The notes below the pieces were generated by a model. It saw only the letters and a program-made list of their open reading frames with translations, was not told the DNA's origin and did no database searches. A stretch of DNA of 57,475 nt from an uncultured virus (IMG/VR IMGVR_UViG_3300008116_000021) (lineage: Duplodnaviria; Heunggongvirae; Uroviricota; Caudoviricetes), in the IMG/VR virus record IMGVR_UViG_3300008116_000021; one strand, 5' to 3'. Both the position numbers and the translations under genes were made by a program. How positions within the stretch are numbered: the first letter of the stretch is position 1; each line of letters starts with the position of its first letter. Of this stretch, positions 1-8,896 are shown one piece after another.

Positions 1-104
1 ACTTCCCCACACTCAACATAAGTTTTAGGGTCATATGTACTCTGTTCTTGATAACGGCGAACCGCAGTATAAATGAGTCTATATTGTTCAGATGTAAAGT
101 CCAT
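1..104 (-). CDS. hypothetical protein, 5' part only (runs off window)
   Basis: ATG at 104-102 overlaps the upstream gene's stop; frame MDFTSEQYRLIYTAVRRYQEQ... is open to the window edge. Confidence 0.6.
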   Translation of the reverse strand, partial: MDFTSEQYRLIYTAVRRYQEQSTYDPKTYVECGE

Positions 105-877
105 TAGAAAAAAATCCTCCAAATACCATCACAAAGTAATCCATGTCCTTGCATTGTAATTCTCCTTTCATTTTCTTCAAGAGATATGAAAGGTGCAATC
201 TGATGAAGCAATACTCCTTTAAAGAAGAAAGATTCTCCAAGATTATATGATACCACACTATCTGGTGGTCTATGATTTAGATACTCTTGATAGTGACTTA
301 AACCCCTGACATAATCAGATAGTTCTTTATTCGTATCATATTGTTTTAGTACAGATTCATCCCATATTGCTAATCCACTACCACATTTAGGAGATTCAAG
401 AAGCAATGTCCAGGTTAATGAATTATGAATTGTTACATCCTTGAATTTTGCCCATACCATCCTTGCTTTTTGATGTGCATATGGTCTATCCTCATGAATT
501 TTAAATAAAGGTTTTTGACTCAACTTCATTGTGAGTTTATTATTTAATTGTCCAGGAGGGTGCCCAAGTACATGAAACCCAGGATGACCAAGATCATCTA
601 TAATTTCACATGGTCCTATCTGCTCAGTAAGTTTTTCAATGACAAGATCATAAATCCATTCGAAATTCTTTTTCAAAATTGGATTCATTTTATTCATCTG
701 GGCAGTATATCTTTCAGAATGAGTCATTCCTTCTTGATAACTGGTGGACCCTATGGTATAAAAATCCCAGGGTTCTGGTTCTCTCCTGACCCAATATTCA
801 TAAAGGTCATCAACAATACCTACAGCAGTTTTACATTGTTCATCATTGAGAACTTTTATAAATCCATGTCTTTTCAT
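104..877 (-). CDS. 2OG-Fe(II) oxygenase superfamily protein
   Basis: HxD (IHEDRP), LTWTLLL..P..GSGL strand, distal His (LLHQIAP) and R-x-T-x-Q (RITMQGH) pattern of double-stranded beta-helix oxygenases. Confidence 0.65.
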   Translation of the reverse strand: MKRHGFIKVLNDEQCKTAVGIVDDLYEYWVRREPEPWDFYTIGSTSYQEGMTHSERYTAQMNKMNPILKKNFEWIYDLVIEKLTEQIGPCEIIDDLGHPGFHVLGHPPGQLNNKLTMKLSQKPLFKIHEDRPYAHQKARMVWAKFKDVTIHNSLTWTLLLESPKCGSGLAIWDESVLKQYDTNKELSDYVRGLSHYQEYLNHRPPDSVVSYNLGESFFFKGVLLHQIAPFISLEENERRITMQGHGLLCDGIWRIFF

Positions 878-1269
878 CGACCAGTAATATCTGCATAGTC
901 TTGAAGTTTACCATATCTAAAGTGTAATCTCAAGCGGGGCCAATCTTCCCACTTACCCTCCCATTCAGCAGGATACACTTCGACATACTTGGTGATATGA
1001 TGTGGTTGAAATTTGCCATGCTGACCAGTTGGAATCCATTCAAAGTTTAGAAACCTTGCTGTATCATTATATCGCTCATCATCCTCTGAGATTGTCTCAA
1101 AGGTATGTGTGCCATTATAACTTGGATACCACAACTGACCACTGGGATCTAACCAGTAGTCAGTCATTGTACCACCAATACCCTCTTCGATGTCTTTGGT
1201 TTGGCACACTACATTAGTGAACTGCTTACCCAAATCATAGGATGATCTAAAATAATCAAACATTCCCAT
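874..1269 (-). CDS. conserved phage hypothetical protein (MGMFDY...QTKD type)
   Basis: 131-aa ORF, ATGA overlap with the next gene; N-terminus typical of a widespread phage family. Confidence 0.75.
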   Translation of the reverse strand: MGMFDYFRSSYDLGKQFTNVVCQTKDIEEGIGGTMTDYWLDPSGQLWYPSYNGTHTFETISEDDERYNDTARFLNFEWIPTGQHGKFQPHHITKYVEVYPAEWEGKWEDWPRLRLHFRYGKLQDYADITGR

Positions 1270-1271
1270 TC

Positions 1272-1745
1272 TTATTCTCCAAGTGTATGAATGACTGGTT
1301 TTTCGTGTGCTAGAATATGATATAGATCTTTATTTTTTGCTGCTGATACTGGAACAAACTCCGTCTCTGGATCAAACTCATCATCACGAATGGCTTGATT
1401 GATGACAATAGAACCATCAGCACCAGAATATGAACGATGGAAAGTCATTTTAGGGATGACTAGAGCGCCTGAACTGCGATTTAAATGAACGATATGGTAA
1501 GGGTAACGCCATTCTGGATTGACAAGTTCAAATGTGCGAAGTCCAGATAGCACACGATTGTGGTCTATCTGGTGATAGTGAATATAAAATTGTTTGGCGC
1601 CTACAATATCATCTGGTGGTGAGATAGCAGCACCAGTATGACATACAAGGTCTTGTGCATTAGATCCATCTACTGAAATATCATAGAATACAACCGCTTC
1701 TGTTTCACGGAATACTCTGTGTTTTTTGAATTGAACTTCGCTCAT
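1272..1745 (-). CDS. cupin-fold protein (cyanophage/cyanobacterial 'hn', hemagglutinin-neuraminidase-annotated family)
   Basis: FRET..V.FYDI, AISPP, QFYIHYHQIDHNRV and LVIP..TFHRS cupin motifs. Confidence 0.7.
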   Translation of the reverse strand: MSEVQFKKHRVFRETEAVVFYDISVDGSNAQDLVCHTGAAISPPDDIVGAKQFYIHYHQIDHNRVLSGLRTFELVNPEWRYPYHIVHLNRSSGALVIPKMTFHRSYSGADGSIVINQAIRDDEFDPETEFVPVSAAKNKDLYHILAHEKPVIHTLGE

Positions 1746-1939
1746 TAGTCGTAAACGTTTTGCTCCTGTTGTATTCTATCTAGGTGATGGTAAATCGTCT
1801 CTTGAGAGTACTTAAATTCTTCAAATCTTTGTGGATTATTTTTCTGCATTTTGGTAAGCATATTAATCCATTGATATCGACTATCAACGACCCAACCATA
1901 ACGTCGTTCGTCTTGCATCATGTCGTAAATGGAAATCAT
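1745..1939 (-). CDS. hypothetical protein
   Basis: 64-aa ORF with stop/start overlaps on both sides. Confidence 0.65.
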   Translation of the reverse strand: MISIYDMMQDERRYGWVVDSRYQWINMLTKMQKNNPQRFEEFKYSQETIYHHLDRIQQEQNVYD

Positions 1940-2139
1940 TGGAACCCCTTCGTTTTCTTTTTCTTCTGTGGAATGTCAAGAACTTCAATGTGACTTAAAA
2001 AACCAGATGGACTATTCCACCAAGTTAATTGAACATCTTCAAAGTTATCAAAAATAACTTCTTTACCATTTGTGGACACCAACTTATAGTGATGGCGATC
2101 ATAAGGTTTATCACAAGTTTGTTTAAATGTTTCAGTCAT
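1936..2139 (-). CDS. conserved cyanophage hypothetical protein
   Basis: Likely start MTETFKQTCDKPYDRHHY at 2139 (ATGA overlap); ends KKTKGFQ. Confidence 0.7.
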   Translation of the reverse strand: MTETFKQTCDKPYDRHHYKLVSTNGKEVIFDNFEDVQLTWWNSPSGFLSHIEVLDIPQKKKKTKGFQ

Positions 2140-2378
2140 TTTGGACAATGTAAAAAGTATTTGTATTCGGCAAGGGCACCATAATGCCATTGTACCACAT
2201 CACAATCCTTATACTTACTCACAACATTGTAAGTGCCGTGATTGGGTTCAGGTTGTTCCACTTTTGTCTCTGGTTCTTTGACATCCAATGCTACACCCAC
2301 CATATAAAATAGTGAGAGAGATGCCATACCCAATACTACTCCAAGTATCACGGCACGATAATAATCAAAGTTTCTCAT
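2136..2378 (-). CDS. small membrane protein
   Basis: N-terminal hydrophobic helix, C-terminal YKDCDVV...YFLHCP. Confidence 0.65.
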   Translation of the reverse strand: MRNFDYYRAVILGVVLGMASLSLFYMVGVALDVKEPETKVEQPEPNHGTYNVVSKYKDCDVVQWHYGALAEYKYFLHCPK

Positions 2379-2548
2379 TGTTCTTTAACAACACAAGACG
2401 AAGTACATTTGAGATCACCAGAAGACCCAGACACTGTAGAATTATGTTGAGGTGTCCTCTCTGGTGTTAGATTATAGGACACAATCGCAGAAATGAAAAA
2501 CGCAAGTGCGGGAATCGCAACATATTGAAGATAAGTTTTACTACTCAT
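2375..2548 (-). CDS. small membrane protein (57 aa, not in ORF track)
   Basis: MSSKTYLQYVAIPALAFFISAIVSYNL...; ATGA overlaps at both ends fill the gap in the operon. Confidence 0.6.
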   Translation of the reverse strand: MSSKTYLQYVAIPALAFFISAIVSYNLTPERTPQHNSTVSGSSGDLKCTSSCVVKEQ

Positions 2549-2745
2549 AATGCTTCTACCTCATCAGCAATTTTATTTAATACATCAACAGGATGTTCCA
2601 ACTCACCCCAATCGGTACAAAGTCGGTCTGCTGCTTCACGAATCACACGAGCAATCAACTTCTGTCTATCGCCACTTTTAGGACGCATAGAAAGTTCCAT
2701 CGTTGATTCCAAGATTTGTAGGGCTCTGGTAGTCATTTTAATCAT
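2545..2745 (-). CDS. hypothetical protein
   Basis: 66-aa ORF in a tightly packed operon. Confidence 0.6.
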   Translation of the reverse strand: MIKMTTRALQILESTMELSMRPKSGDRQKLIARVIREAADRLCTDWGELEHPVDVLNKIADEVEAL

Positions 2746-3079
2746 CCCAAGGTGCTTTACGACTTAATACTCTGGCAATCTTTTTATCATACTCTGGTGG
2801 TTTGTTAATTGCTTCTACCAGTTTATCATATGCTTCTTCTGAAACATAAACAACTGGTGGTTTTTGACCTAATCTCAACTTACGTTCTGGTGAAGGAATG
2901 TGTCCATAAAATACATCATCATAAGGATAGATGTAGTCATCATACCATCCAGATGATAGTGCCTCCCAGAACTCATCATAACTATATTCATCACCTGCAA
3001 TATAACAATCCCAGGCATACAGAAAGTCGTGGAAACCTTCAAGGAATAGTTCCCATTTTGTTGGGTTTTCAAATCTCAC
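2738..3079 (-). CDS. hypothetical protein with DUF1778 (TacA/AtaR antitoxin)-like C-terminus
   Basis: C-terminus VYVSEEAYDKLVEAINKPPEYDKKIARVLSRKAPWD resembles the DUF1778 tail pattern. Confidence 0.55.
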   Translation of the reverse strand: MRFENPTKWELFLEGFHDFLYAWDCYIAGDEYSYDEFWEALSSGWYDDYIYPYDDVFYGHIPSPERKLRLGQKPPVVYVSEEAYDKLVEAINKPPEYDKKIARVLSRKAPWDD

Positions 3080-3261
3080 GGGGTCTCATCACTCCAATAA
3101 TAACGCAGTTTATCACTATCCGCAGAAATATTCAAGTGATAGATTTTATCATCTTCTGTATAAACACCAATCCAAAGTGTGCGTTCATTCATACTTTCAA
3201 GATGAAACATTTGAATGTCTTGAAGCACAATTTCGTCTGGATTTTCTTGAAATCTACTCAT
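3076..3261 (-). CDS. hypothetical protein
   Basis: 61-aa ORF with coupled overlaps. Confidence 0.65.
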   Translation of the reverse strand: MSRFQENPDEIVLQDIQMFHLESMNERTLWIGVYTEDDKIYHLNISADSDKLRYYWSDETP

Positions 3262-3575
3262 TTCAATACCTCCGTTACAGTTGCTTGACCATACTCTTCA
3301 ATCTTCAAGAGTTCCATCACATAACCCTCAAAGTCAGTTTCATCCTTCTCATAGATGACGTGACCATGATTATTATCACTCTCTGTGTGATTATCAAGGT
3401 AGTCACCAATCACCAGAAAGATTGCCGCAGTTCGTGCCTTATCGTGTTCTGTTAGGTGCTGATGTGGATGTGCTACGATATTCATAATCGTGTTGAAGAG
3501 TTCTGCTCTGGTATAAGAGAACGCAGGTGCTTCTTCGTTCAGTTCATAAGGGTTTCTCATCTCAACCAACTCCAT
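3258..3575 (-). CDS. hypothetical protein
   Basis: ORF track 3258..3626; more plausible start at MELVEM (3575) or MRNPY (3560). Confidence 0.6.
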   Translation of the reverse strand: MELVEMRNPYELNEEAPAFSYTRAELFNTIMNIVAHPHQHLTEHDKARTAAIFLVIGDYLDNHTESDNNHGHVIYEKDETDFEGYVMELLKIEEYGQATVTEVLK

Positions 3576-3801
3576 ATGCTTCCAGAATAGCACGGGCAAG
3601 AGCAATAGCCAAGTCCTTCTGTTCAATACTTATATCTTCACGAGCACCACCAGAACAAGAAGTAACGAAGATACCACCATTATCTACTGTGAGTTCTACT
3701 CGGTGAGTTTCATTCTCATCAGCAGGATTAGTCCAAGTAAAGACATCAATCTTACTGCGGAGCACATCAGTTCCAGGAAGTAAAGTGTAAAAATTACTCA
3801 T
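3562..3801 (-). CDS. hypothetical protein
   Basis: 79-aa ORF, ATGA overlap with the upstream gene. Confidence 0.65.
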   Translation of the reverse strand: MSNFYTLLPGTDVLRSKIDVFTWTNPADENETHRVELTVDNGGIFVTSCSGGAREDISIEQKDLAIALARAILEAYGVG

Positions 3802-4193
3802 ACCAAGCTCCTCAATACTTTACGAAGAAACTGAATAGAACCATAAAACTCTTCACCATCTTGCCCACCAATCACAATCCAGTCAATTTCTTCTAGTGCA
3901 AGTTGAATTCGTTGCTCTCTTGTGAGGTCTTCAAAATCTTTTTCAGCAAGTTCTTTTCTTTCAATCGCAGCAAGATGTTGGAATGCTTCCTTATTTTCTT
4001 CCATAAGGTTCCTTGCGATGTCTAATACCTTTTCTTCTTTTTCTCTTCGTGCTGCTTCTTCAAGCATTTCTTCGTGAGTCATTTCTTTAACCTCTAATTT
4101 CATTTCTGGAGTTTGGATTTTTCCCCAAGAACTACCATCAATTGCGAAATTTTCTTTTCCTTTATCATAGAACCTCAACTTACCATCAGTCAT
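3798..4193 (-). CDS. hypothetical acidic/coiled-coil protein
   Basis: Likely start MTDGKLRFYD at 4193 (ATGA overlap). Confidence 0.65.
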   Translation of the reverse strand: MTDGKLRFYDKGKENFAIDGSSWGKIQTPEMKLEVKEMTHEEMLEEAARREKEEKVLDIARNLMEENKEAFQHLAAIERKELAEKDFEDLTREQRIQLALEEIDWIVIGGQDGEEFYGSIQFLRKVLRSLV

Positions 4194-4384
4194 ACATCCC
4201 ACTCCCTTGCTTCCCAGTCCATCAAGCACATTTCACCTTGCTCCTTGTCTGTGTAGTTGTCGTAGGCATATTGTCGGCACTGGTCTTCTGTGCCCTCAAA
4301 TAGCATTTCATACATCTTGTGGTCTCCATCATAGGTAATTTTATAGAGTCCCCACTCGTCGTAGCAATCAGGGAAGAACGGCAT
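4190..4384 (-). CDS. hypothetical protein
   Basis: Likely start MPFFPDCYDEW at 4384. Confidence 0.6.
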   Translation of the reverse strand: MPFFPDCYDEWGLYKITYDGDHKMYEMLFEGTEDQCRQYAYDNYTDKEQGEMCLMDWEAREWDV

Positions 4385-4646
4385 CTTTGTTTCTCCTATA
4401 CCATTCAAGATTTCTGGGTGCCCCATCAATTATATCACAACTCATCTCAAATGCTCGCCAGCGGAAAGTAAATCCACACAAACATTTACTACCAATATTC
4501 ACAATCAGCATGGGGAAGATTTCCGTGGCAGGATATTCATCCCACTGTAGGGTGAAATCAAACAGAGCAAACTTGGGGGATGTGAGAACCTGAAAGAACC
4601 ATTCGTGCCCGTAGTCCTCATAGTGTTCGGTATCAAAGAGTTTCAT
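4368..4646 (-). CDS. hypothetical protein (paralog of 6102..6383)
   Basis: MKLF...EDYG.E.FF...FAL pattern shared with 6102..6383. Confidence 0.7.
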   Translation of the reverse strand: MKLFDTEHYEDYGHEWFFQVLTSPKFALFDFTLQWDEYPATEIFPMLIVNIGSKCLCGFTFRWRAFEMSCDIIDGAPRNLEWYRRNKDAVLP

Positions 4647-4861
4647 CGTAATTTACTTTTGATGGTTCTAATACATTCATTCCATTTATAACTGTTGGTA
4701 TCGTGTTCTTTCGGCAACCAGTTTTCAATACTCTCAACAAGGTCCATAATGGTGGGGGTTTTATCCATATATTCACCATCACGATCTACTGGTGCTGGAT
4801 TATTACAGAATACATCATCCCACCAGTCGGCAATCACATCATAGAGTTTTTGTTCATTCAT
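4643..4861 (-). CDS. hypothetical protein
   Basis: Likely start MNEQKLYDVIADWW at 4861. Confidence 0.6.
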   Translation of the reverse strand: MNEQKLYDVIADWWDDVFCNNPAPVDRDGEYMDKTPTIMDLVESIENWLPKEHDTNSYKWNECIRTIKSKLR

Positions 4862-5033
4862 CTTCATCTTCCTCATAAGGGAACATTTCATCATACTCTT
4901 CATCAGTCAGAGTAAGATACTGAACATTAGCGTTCTTGTGCTCTTCGGCATACACTGACTGATAGTGTGCGAAAGAAGATGGGTCAGAACTAGCGTATTC
5001 TAGCAGACCATCAACAAAACAAAGGTAGTTCAT
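4854..5033 (-). CDS. hypothetical protein
   Basis: Likely start MNYLCFVDGLLEYAS at 5033, preceded by GGAGG. Confidence 0.65.
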   Translation of the reverse strand: MNYLCFVDGLLEYASSDPSSFAHYQSVYAEEHKNANVQYLTLTDEEYDEMFPYEEDEDE

Positions 5034-5230
5034 AATACCTCCCAATCACATTCCCAGTTACAATCGTTGCTTACATTAACCCAGAAGAAGTATTTCTGGT
5101 TCTCTGATGCGAGAAACATCATACCATCTCCCTTATCTTGCTCTACAATACAGATGGGGTTGTTGCCCATCATATTAGCAAGACGATTCTTAGCCTTGCT
5201 ACTCTTTGGTTTTACGGTCACTCTTCGCAT
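5030..5230 (-). CDS. conserved cyanophage hypothetical protein
   Basis: V.PKSSKAKNRLAN.M...C.VEQ...MFLAS.N..YFFWV pattern. Confidence 0.75.
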   Translation of the reverse strand: MRRVTVKPKSSKAKNRLANMMGNNPICIVEQDKGDGMMFLASENQKYFFWVNVSNDCNWECDWEVL

Positions 5231-5231
5231 T

Positions 5232-5696
5232 TCAATCTTTTACCCCAGTTTCAGGACTACCATCGGGCCAAACATCATCAAGTGTAGTATCTACTTCAAA
5301 TCCTTCATCTTCCTTATCAGTCAGGACAGTTCCCATAGGACCTTTTTTCAGTCGTGCCCACTCTTCTTCTGCTTGCTGCATATCATCAAACTTCTTCCTC
5401 AGGTCTTCACCCAAAGTCAGTTCAAACTCATCAGCAACTTTACGCATATCTTCTTCTCTTCGGTCCTCACCAAATGCGACACCACAAGCACCTCTCATAA
5501 TGTTGATCTCATCGTGACCCATCGCACGGGCAACAGTTGCAAAGAAGCGAAAAAGTTGATGAACATTAAGATCTTCAGCAGGAACCTGAAAAGTATAATG
5601 CTCTTCAGGCAACACTGAATCATCAAAACCACTGCTATAATGAGTGGAAGTCCACTCAGTATCAAACTGAACTTTAAGGGTTGCCTTGTAAGTCAT
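5232..5696 (-). CDS. hypothetical protein
   Basis: 154-aa ORF directly downstream of a predicted early promoter. Confidence 0.7.
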   Translation of the reverse strand: MTYKATLKVQFDTEWTSTHYSSGFDDSVLPEEHYTFQVPAEDLNVHQLFRFFATVARAMGHDEINIMRGACGVAFGEDRREEDMRKVADEFELTLGEDLRKKFDDMQQAEEEWARLKKGPMGTVLTDKEDEGFEVDTTLDDVWPDGSPETGVKD

Positions 5697-5705
5697 TGGT
5701 CTGTT

Positions 5706-5774
5706 GCGTATGAAAGTATTATAATGGAAATTCCACCCATTCTATGAGTGAGTGTGCCAGTTCCTCAAGTGTCC
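5706..5774 (-). promoter_or_regulatory. early-type promoter: GGACACTT-N4-AACTGGCACA-N29-TATAAT-ACTTTCATACGC
   Basis: Same architecture recurs at 11472-11539; -10 box at 5718-5723. Confidence 0.65.
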
Positions 5775-6115
5775 TCATCATCTTCATCATCAAACAAATC
5801 TACATCAACACCATCAGTAAGTTCTTTTATTCTATCAAAAAAGTCTTCATCAAGTGGATATACTTTCTCTTCACCTCTATCAATACGATCACACATTTCC
5901 ATCAGATACTCAAGAAATTCTTTGGGATAAGTTTCATCTAGGTTGATACTCGTCCAGAACCATTGATAACACTCTTGGTAGGGGTCATCATCATCCAAGA
6001 GAGCATATCCCTCATAGTTTCCACTGATAAGGTCTCTCCACATCTTAAAGTTATTCCACATCTCACGCCATCCAGTTTGGAAGCAGTGACCGAAGTAATA
6101 CTCAATCCAGTTCAT
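5765..6115 (-). CDS. hypothetical protein
   Basis: Likely start MNWIEYYFGH at 6115; acidic tail. Confidence 0.65.
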   Translation of the reverse strand: MNWIEYYFGHCFQTGWREMWNNFKMWRDLISGNYEGYALLDDDDPYQECYQWFWTSINLDETYPKEFLEYLMEMCDRIDRGEEKVYPLDEDFFDRIKELTDGVDVDLFDDEDDEDT

Positions 6116-6383
6116 TTTTTTGGACATAGAACAATTCATCCCGCCAGTTACGACCTGCAATATCAAAACTAAATCCTAACTTACCAAGAGTGAATAGAAA
6201 TGAGAATAATCTACCATATCCCATAGAGATTTGTAGATAAGGCCATTCTATCCAGTTACCATACTCACCAAAGTCAATTGCGACTTGAAGAAGTGCATAT
6301 CGTTCGGTTAGAAAGAGTGAAAAGTAGAACTCTTTACCGTAGTCTTCTCTGACTCCCCACTTTGCGACTTGAAATAGTTTCAT
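6102..6383 (-). CDS. hypothetical protein (paralog of 4368..4646)
   Basis: Shared MKLF...EDYG.E motif and aromatic beta-rich pattern. Confidence 0.7.
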   Translation of the reverse strand: MKLFQVAKWGVREDYGKEFYFSLFLTERYALLQVAIDFGEYGNWIEWPYLQISMGYGRLFSFLFTLGKLGFSFDIAGRNWRDELFYVQKNELD

Positions 6384-6574
6384 TCTTCCAATTCCTGTGC
6401 TAGTTGTAGCATATCATTTTTATCAAGAACAATCAAGTCATTTTGAGCAGTATAAAACTGAATGTTTTCAGCAGCAATACGCAAAACAGAAGCAATTAAC
6501 TTCTCTTCGGTATCAGCACCAGCATTTCGTGCTTCCCATATTTGATTCATTAATGATTGAGATCGTTCAGTCAA
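6380..6574 (-). CDS. hypothetical protein
   Basis: 64-aa ORF with ATGA overlaps. Confidence 0.65.
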   Translation of the reverse strand: MTERSQSLMNQIWEARNAGADTEEKLIASVLRIAAENIQFYTAQNDLIVLDKNDMLQLAQELEE

Positions 6575-6771
6575 TGTACTTTCCTCTTTTTTAAGTAATG
6601 ATGGTTTTCAGAATCAAAGATTGTCCATTTTGCTATTTTAAGACACATTAGCACAGTTTGGTGCTCTCTCTGATACAAGTCCCAATCTTCTTTAAGTTTT
6701 GCAGCGTGTCTTCTACGATAGGCACAGCACCAAACATTTTTATAAATTTGTGCTTTTTCGGTTAAAGTCAT
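6571..6771 (-). CDS. hypothetical protein
   Basis: 66-aa ORF with ATGA overlaps. Confidence 0.65.
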   Translation of the reverse strand: MTLTEKAQIYKNVWCCAYRRRHAAKLKEDWDLYQREHQTVLMCLKIAKWTIFDSENHHYLKKRKVH

Positions 6772-7478
6772 CCCAAACTTCTCAAAAAATCTTTGTCAAT
6801 TTCCTGATCAAAACAGAGGCAGTATCTTGGTGTAGATAATTCATTTTCTACTTTATGGCGAATTCTACCCCAAAAGAACATGTGTTGATTGTTTACGAAC
6901 AATCTTTTCTCTGCTTTTTCTCTATTGTTACCAAACATTAGATAACATTCTTTACCTTCTTCCTGACGAACATCAAGTCCCCAGAGACCACGAATAATTG
7001 CTAGATTATCACGTTCTGGATCTGGATCAAGATGCCAACCAATACCTTTACCAGGACCAACCATACTAATACCAAATCTTCTCTTAATTCCAGCCTCTCT
7101 CATTGTTGATGTGAGAATAGGAAGTAATTCAGAGTTTTCTCTGTGATATCCAATTTTTTCTTCTTTAACAAAAATTGGATCTCCAAAGTTTTTGCCAATA
7201 ATTGTGGGTGCTATTTTAACAAATGAGTCCCATTCATCATCAGTGATTAGTTTTGCACTAAAGGGATCTCTACACTCCATAAAGATCGGAGCAATTTGCC
7301 AACCAGCATAAGCAATTGCAGTATGACCAGAATACCCAGTATCATATCCCCAGTTACACCAATAAATCTTATCGAAATTGTCAAGAAATTCTTTTTGAAT
7401 CTCTTCAAATCTTTCCTCAACAAGTTTAAGTTTTGGATTTAACTCCTCAAGAGTAAAGAAACGATCTATTTTATTCAT
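6768..7478 (-). CDS. aspartyl/asparaginyl beta-hydroxylase-like 2OG-Fe(II) oxygenase
   Basis: IS..GPG..I.WHLD, IIRGLWGLDV, distal H (RHKVEN) and R (PRYCL). Confidence 0.75.
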   Translation of the reverse strand: MNKIDRFFTLEELNPKLKLVEERFEEIQKEFLDNFDKIYWCNWGYDTGYSGHTAIAYAGWQIAPIFMECRDPFSAKLITDDEWDSFVKIAPTIIGKNFGDPIFVKEEKIGYHRENSELLPILTSTMREAGIKRRFGISMVGPGKGIGWHLDPDPERDNLAIIRGLWGLDVRQEEGKECYLMFGNNREKAEKRLFVNNQHMFFWGRIRHKVENELSTPRYCLCFDQEIDKDFLRSLG

Positions 7479-8137
7479 AGCATACTTCTAAAAAATACAT
7501 TTGGTTTATTATTAATGTGTGCAAGACTTTTAGAGGCAAACACATCCATTGCTATCACTGTTCTTGGTTGAGACATCATATTCTCAACACGATGAGTAGT
7601 ATTTGAGTCAAAAGTATAAAACTTATTGTTCTCAAACAATTGAGTTTCTACATTTCCAGATTCATCTTTCATTTGAAAGATCGAATATTTATCTTCTTCT
7701 ACTGGAACATCAATTCCCCACAAAACACGATAGGTATTCAATCCTCCACCACCATAATCCTTATCACAATGCCAATCTAATGAAGCTCCTGGATGTAATA
7801 CGTTGATTCCCGCAACTAATACTGCTTTAATGGAAGAAAGTGTTTGACATAATATAGGAAGGTACATTGCATTGCATGGATGAAATACTCCATGGTAACT
7901 CAATGCTCCCATATGCCATCCAATATCACTATTGGTTTGCTTGGCATCCAAATAACTATTGAATTGAATTGGAAATCCTCTTTTATTTTGTGTAATATAT
8001 TCCTTTTGTTGATCTGTAAAATCCCTAATTTCTAGAGATTCTCGATTTGTGACAAACTCATCGTGAATTGAATCAAAATTGTCGGATAATATCTGCAATT
8101 CTGGTAGAATCTCTTTATAGTCTAAGAAGAGAGACAT
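7475..8137 (-). CDS. aspartyl/asparaginyl beta-hydroxylase-like 2OG-Fe(II) oxygenase
   Basis: LHPGASLDWHCD, YRVLWGIDVP, FDSNTTHRVEN..PRTVIAMD. Confidence 0.8.
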   Translation of the reverse strand: MSLFLDYKEILPELQILSDNFDSIHDEFVTNRESLEIRDFTDQQKEYITQNKRGFPIQFNSYLDAKQTNSDIGWHMGALSYHGVFHPCNAMYLPILCQTLSSIKAVLVAGINVLHPGASLDWHCDKDYGGGGLNTYRVLWGIDVPVEEDKYSIFQMKDESGNVETQLFENNKFYTFDSNTTHRVENMMSQPRTVIAMDVFASKSLAHINNKPNVFFRSML

Positions 8138-8138
8138 C

Positions 8139-8651
8139 TTACAACCAATTAAAGTTTATATTTGCTCTATATTTAGAATCAGAAGTTGTACTAGAATTGT
8201 GCTCGTCATGGGCATCAAATAAAATCAATCTATTTGCAACACTATCAACTTTAGTGCCATCAGACATCCGTGTGAATCCGTCACAAGTATTCAAAGAAAA
8301 TATTGCTGCTTTATGTGAAAAATCGTAATCAGAATGTTTAGTATGTTCTTTTATATTTTCAGTATTGGGATATAGATTTGCTTTAATTCTTAACCAAGAT
8401 CTTAATGGATTTTCTTTATCAAGTTTTGAAGCAAAAATTTGATTTAAAAATTGAAAATGTCTGCTATTAGGAACGTTAGAAATATAAAAAACATGTACAA
8501 AATAGGTTGACCATATTTCTGATTCTGCTTTTACATGTGTCACACCATCACTGAAGAACCATTCAAATCCTTCTTCATTATCAAGTATCAAATTAGAAAT
8601 CTGTTTAAACTCATTCTTATCTAAAAAATTATCAATAACTTTATAACTCAT
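8139..8651 (-). CDS. 2OG-Fe(II) oxygenase (cyanophage type)
   Basis: VIDNFL, LRIKANLYP, HSD, SVANRL..FD...H.S, R.NINFN. Confidence 0.8.
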   Translation of the reverse strand: MSYKVIDNFLDKNEFKQISNLILDNEEGFEWFFSDGVTHVKAESEIWSTYFVHVFYISNVPNSRHFQFLNQIFASKLDKENPLRSWLRIKANLYPNTENIKEHTKHSDYDFSHKAAIFSLNTCDGFTRMSDGTKVDSVANRLILFDAHDEHNSSTTSDSKYRANINFNWL

Positions 8652-8845
8652 ACTGATTTCAATCCATTTAGAACTTCTTTAAACTTTTCGGCACGACTTT
8701 GATGCTCTGCAGCATTCTGCCCAAGCACATCCACAATATCTCCCAGAATCACATCCGCAGGAGCATCGGTATCAAAGTATTGTTGGATTGCTTCGGCAAG
8801 ATATCGCCGCCTGGTCCACTCTACGCTGTAGGGTTTGTAGTCCAT
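8648..8845 (-). CDS. hypothetical protein
   Basis: Likely start MDYKPYSVEW at 8845, just downstream of a sigma70 promoter. Confidence 0.7.
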   Translation of the reverse strand: MDYKPYSVEWTRRRYLAEAIQQYFDTDAPADVILGDIVDVLGQNAAEHQSRAEKFKEVLNGLKSV

Positions 8846-8867
8846 AATGAAAGAGTTATATATGGGT

Positions 8868-8896
8868 ATTATAGGGTATCTATCCCTGTTCGTCAA
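8868..8896 (-). promoter_or_regulatory. sigma70-like promoter TTGACG-N17-TATAAT
   Basis: Near-consensus hexamers with 17-bp spacing, upstream of the 65-aa gene and the oxygenase trio. Confidence 0.7.

Noticed and set aside
5067..5618. 183-aa and other short plus-strand ORFs in the early and structural regions
   Set aside because: They lie opposite tightly coupled minus-strand genes and have no protein-like features.
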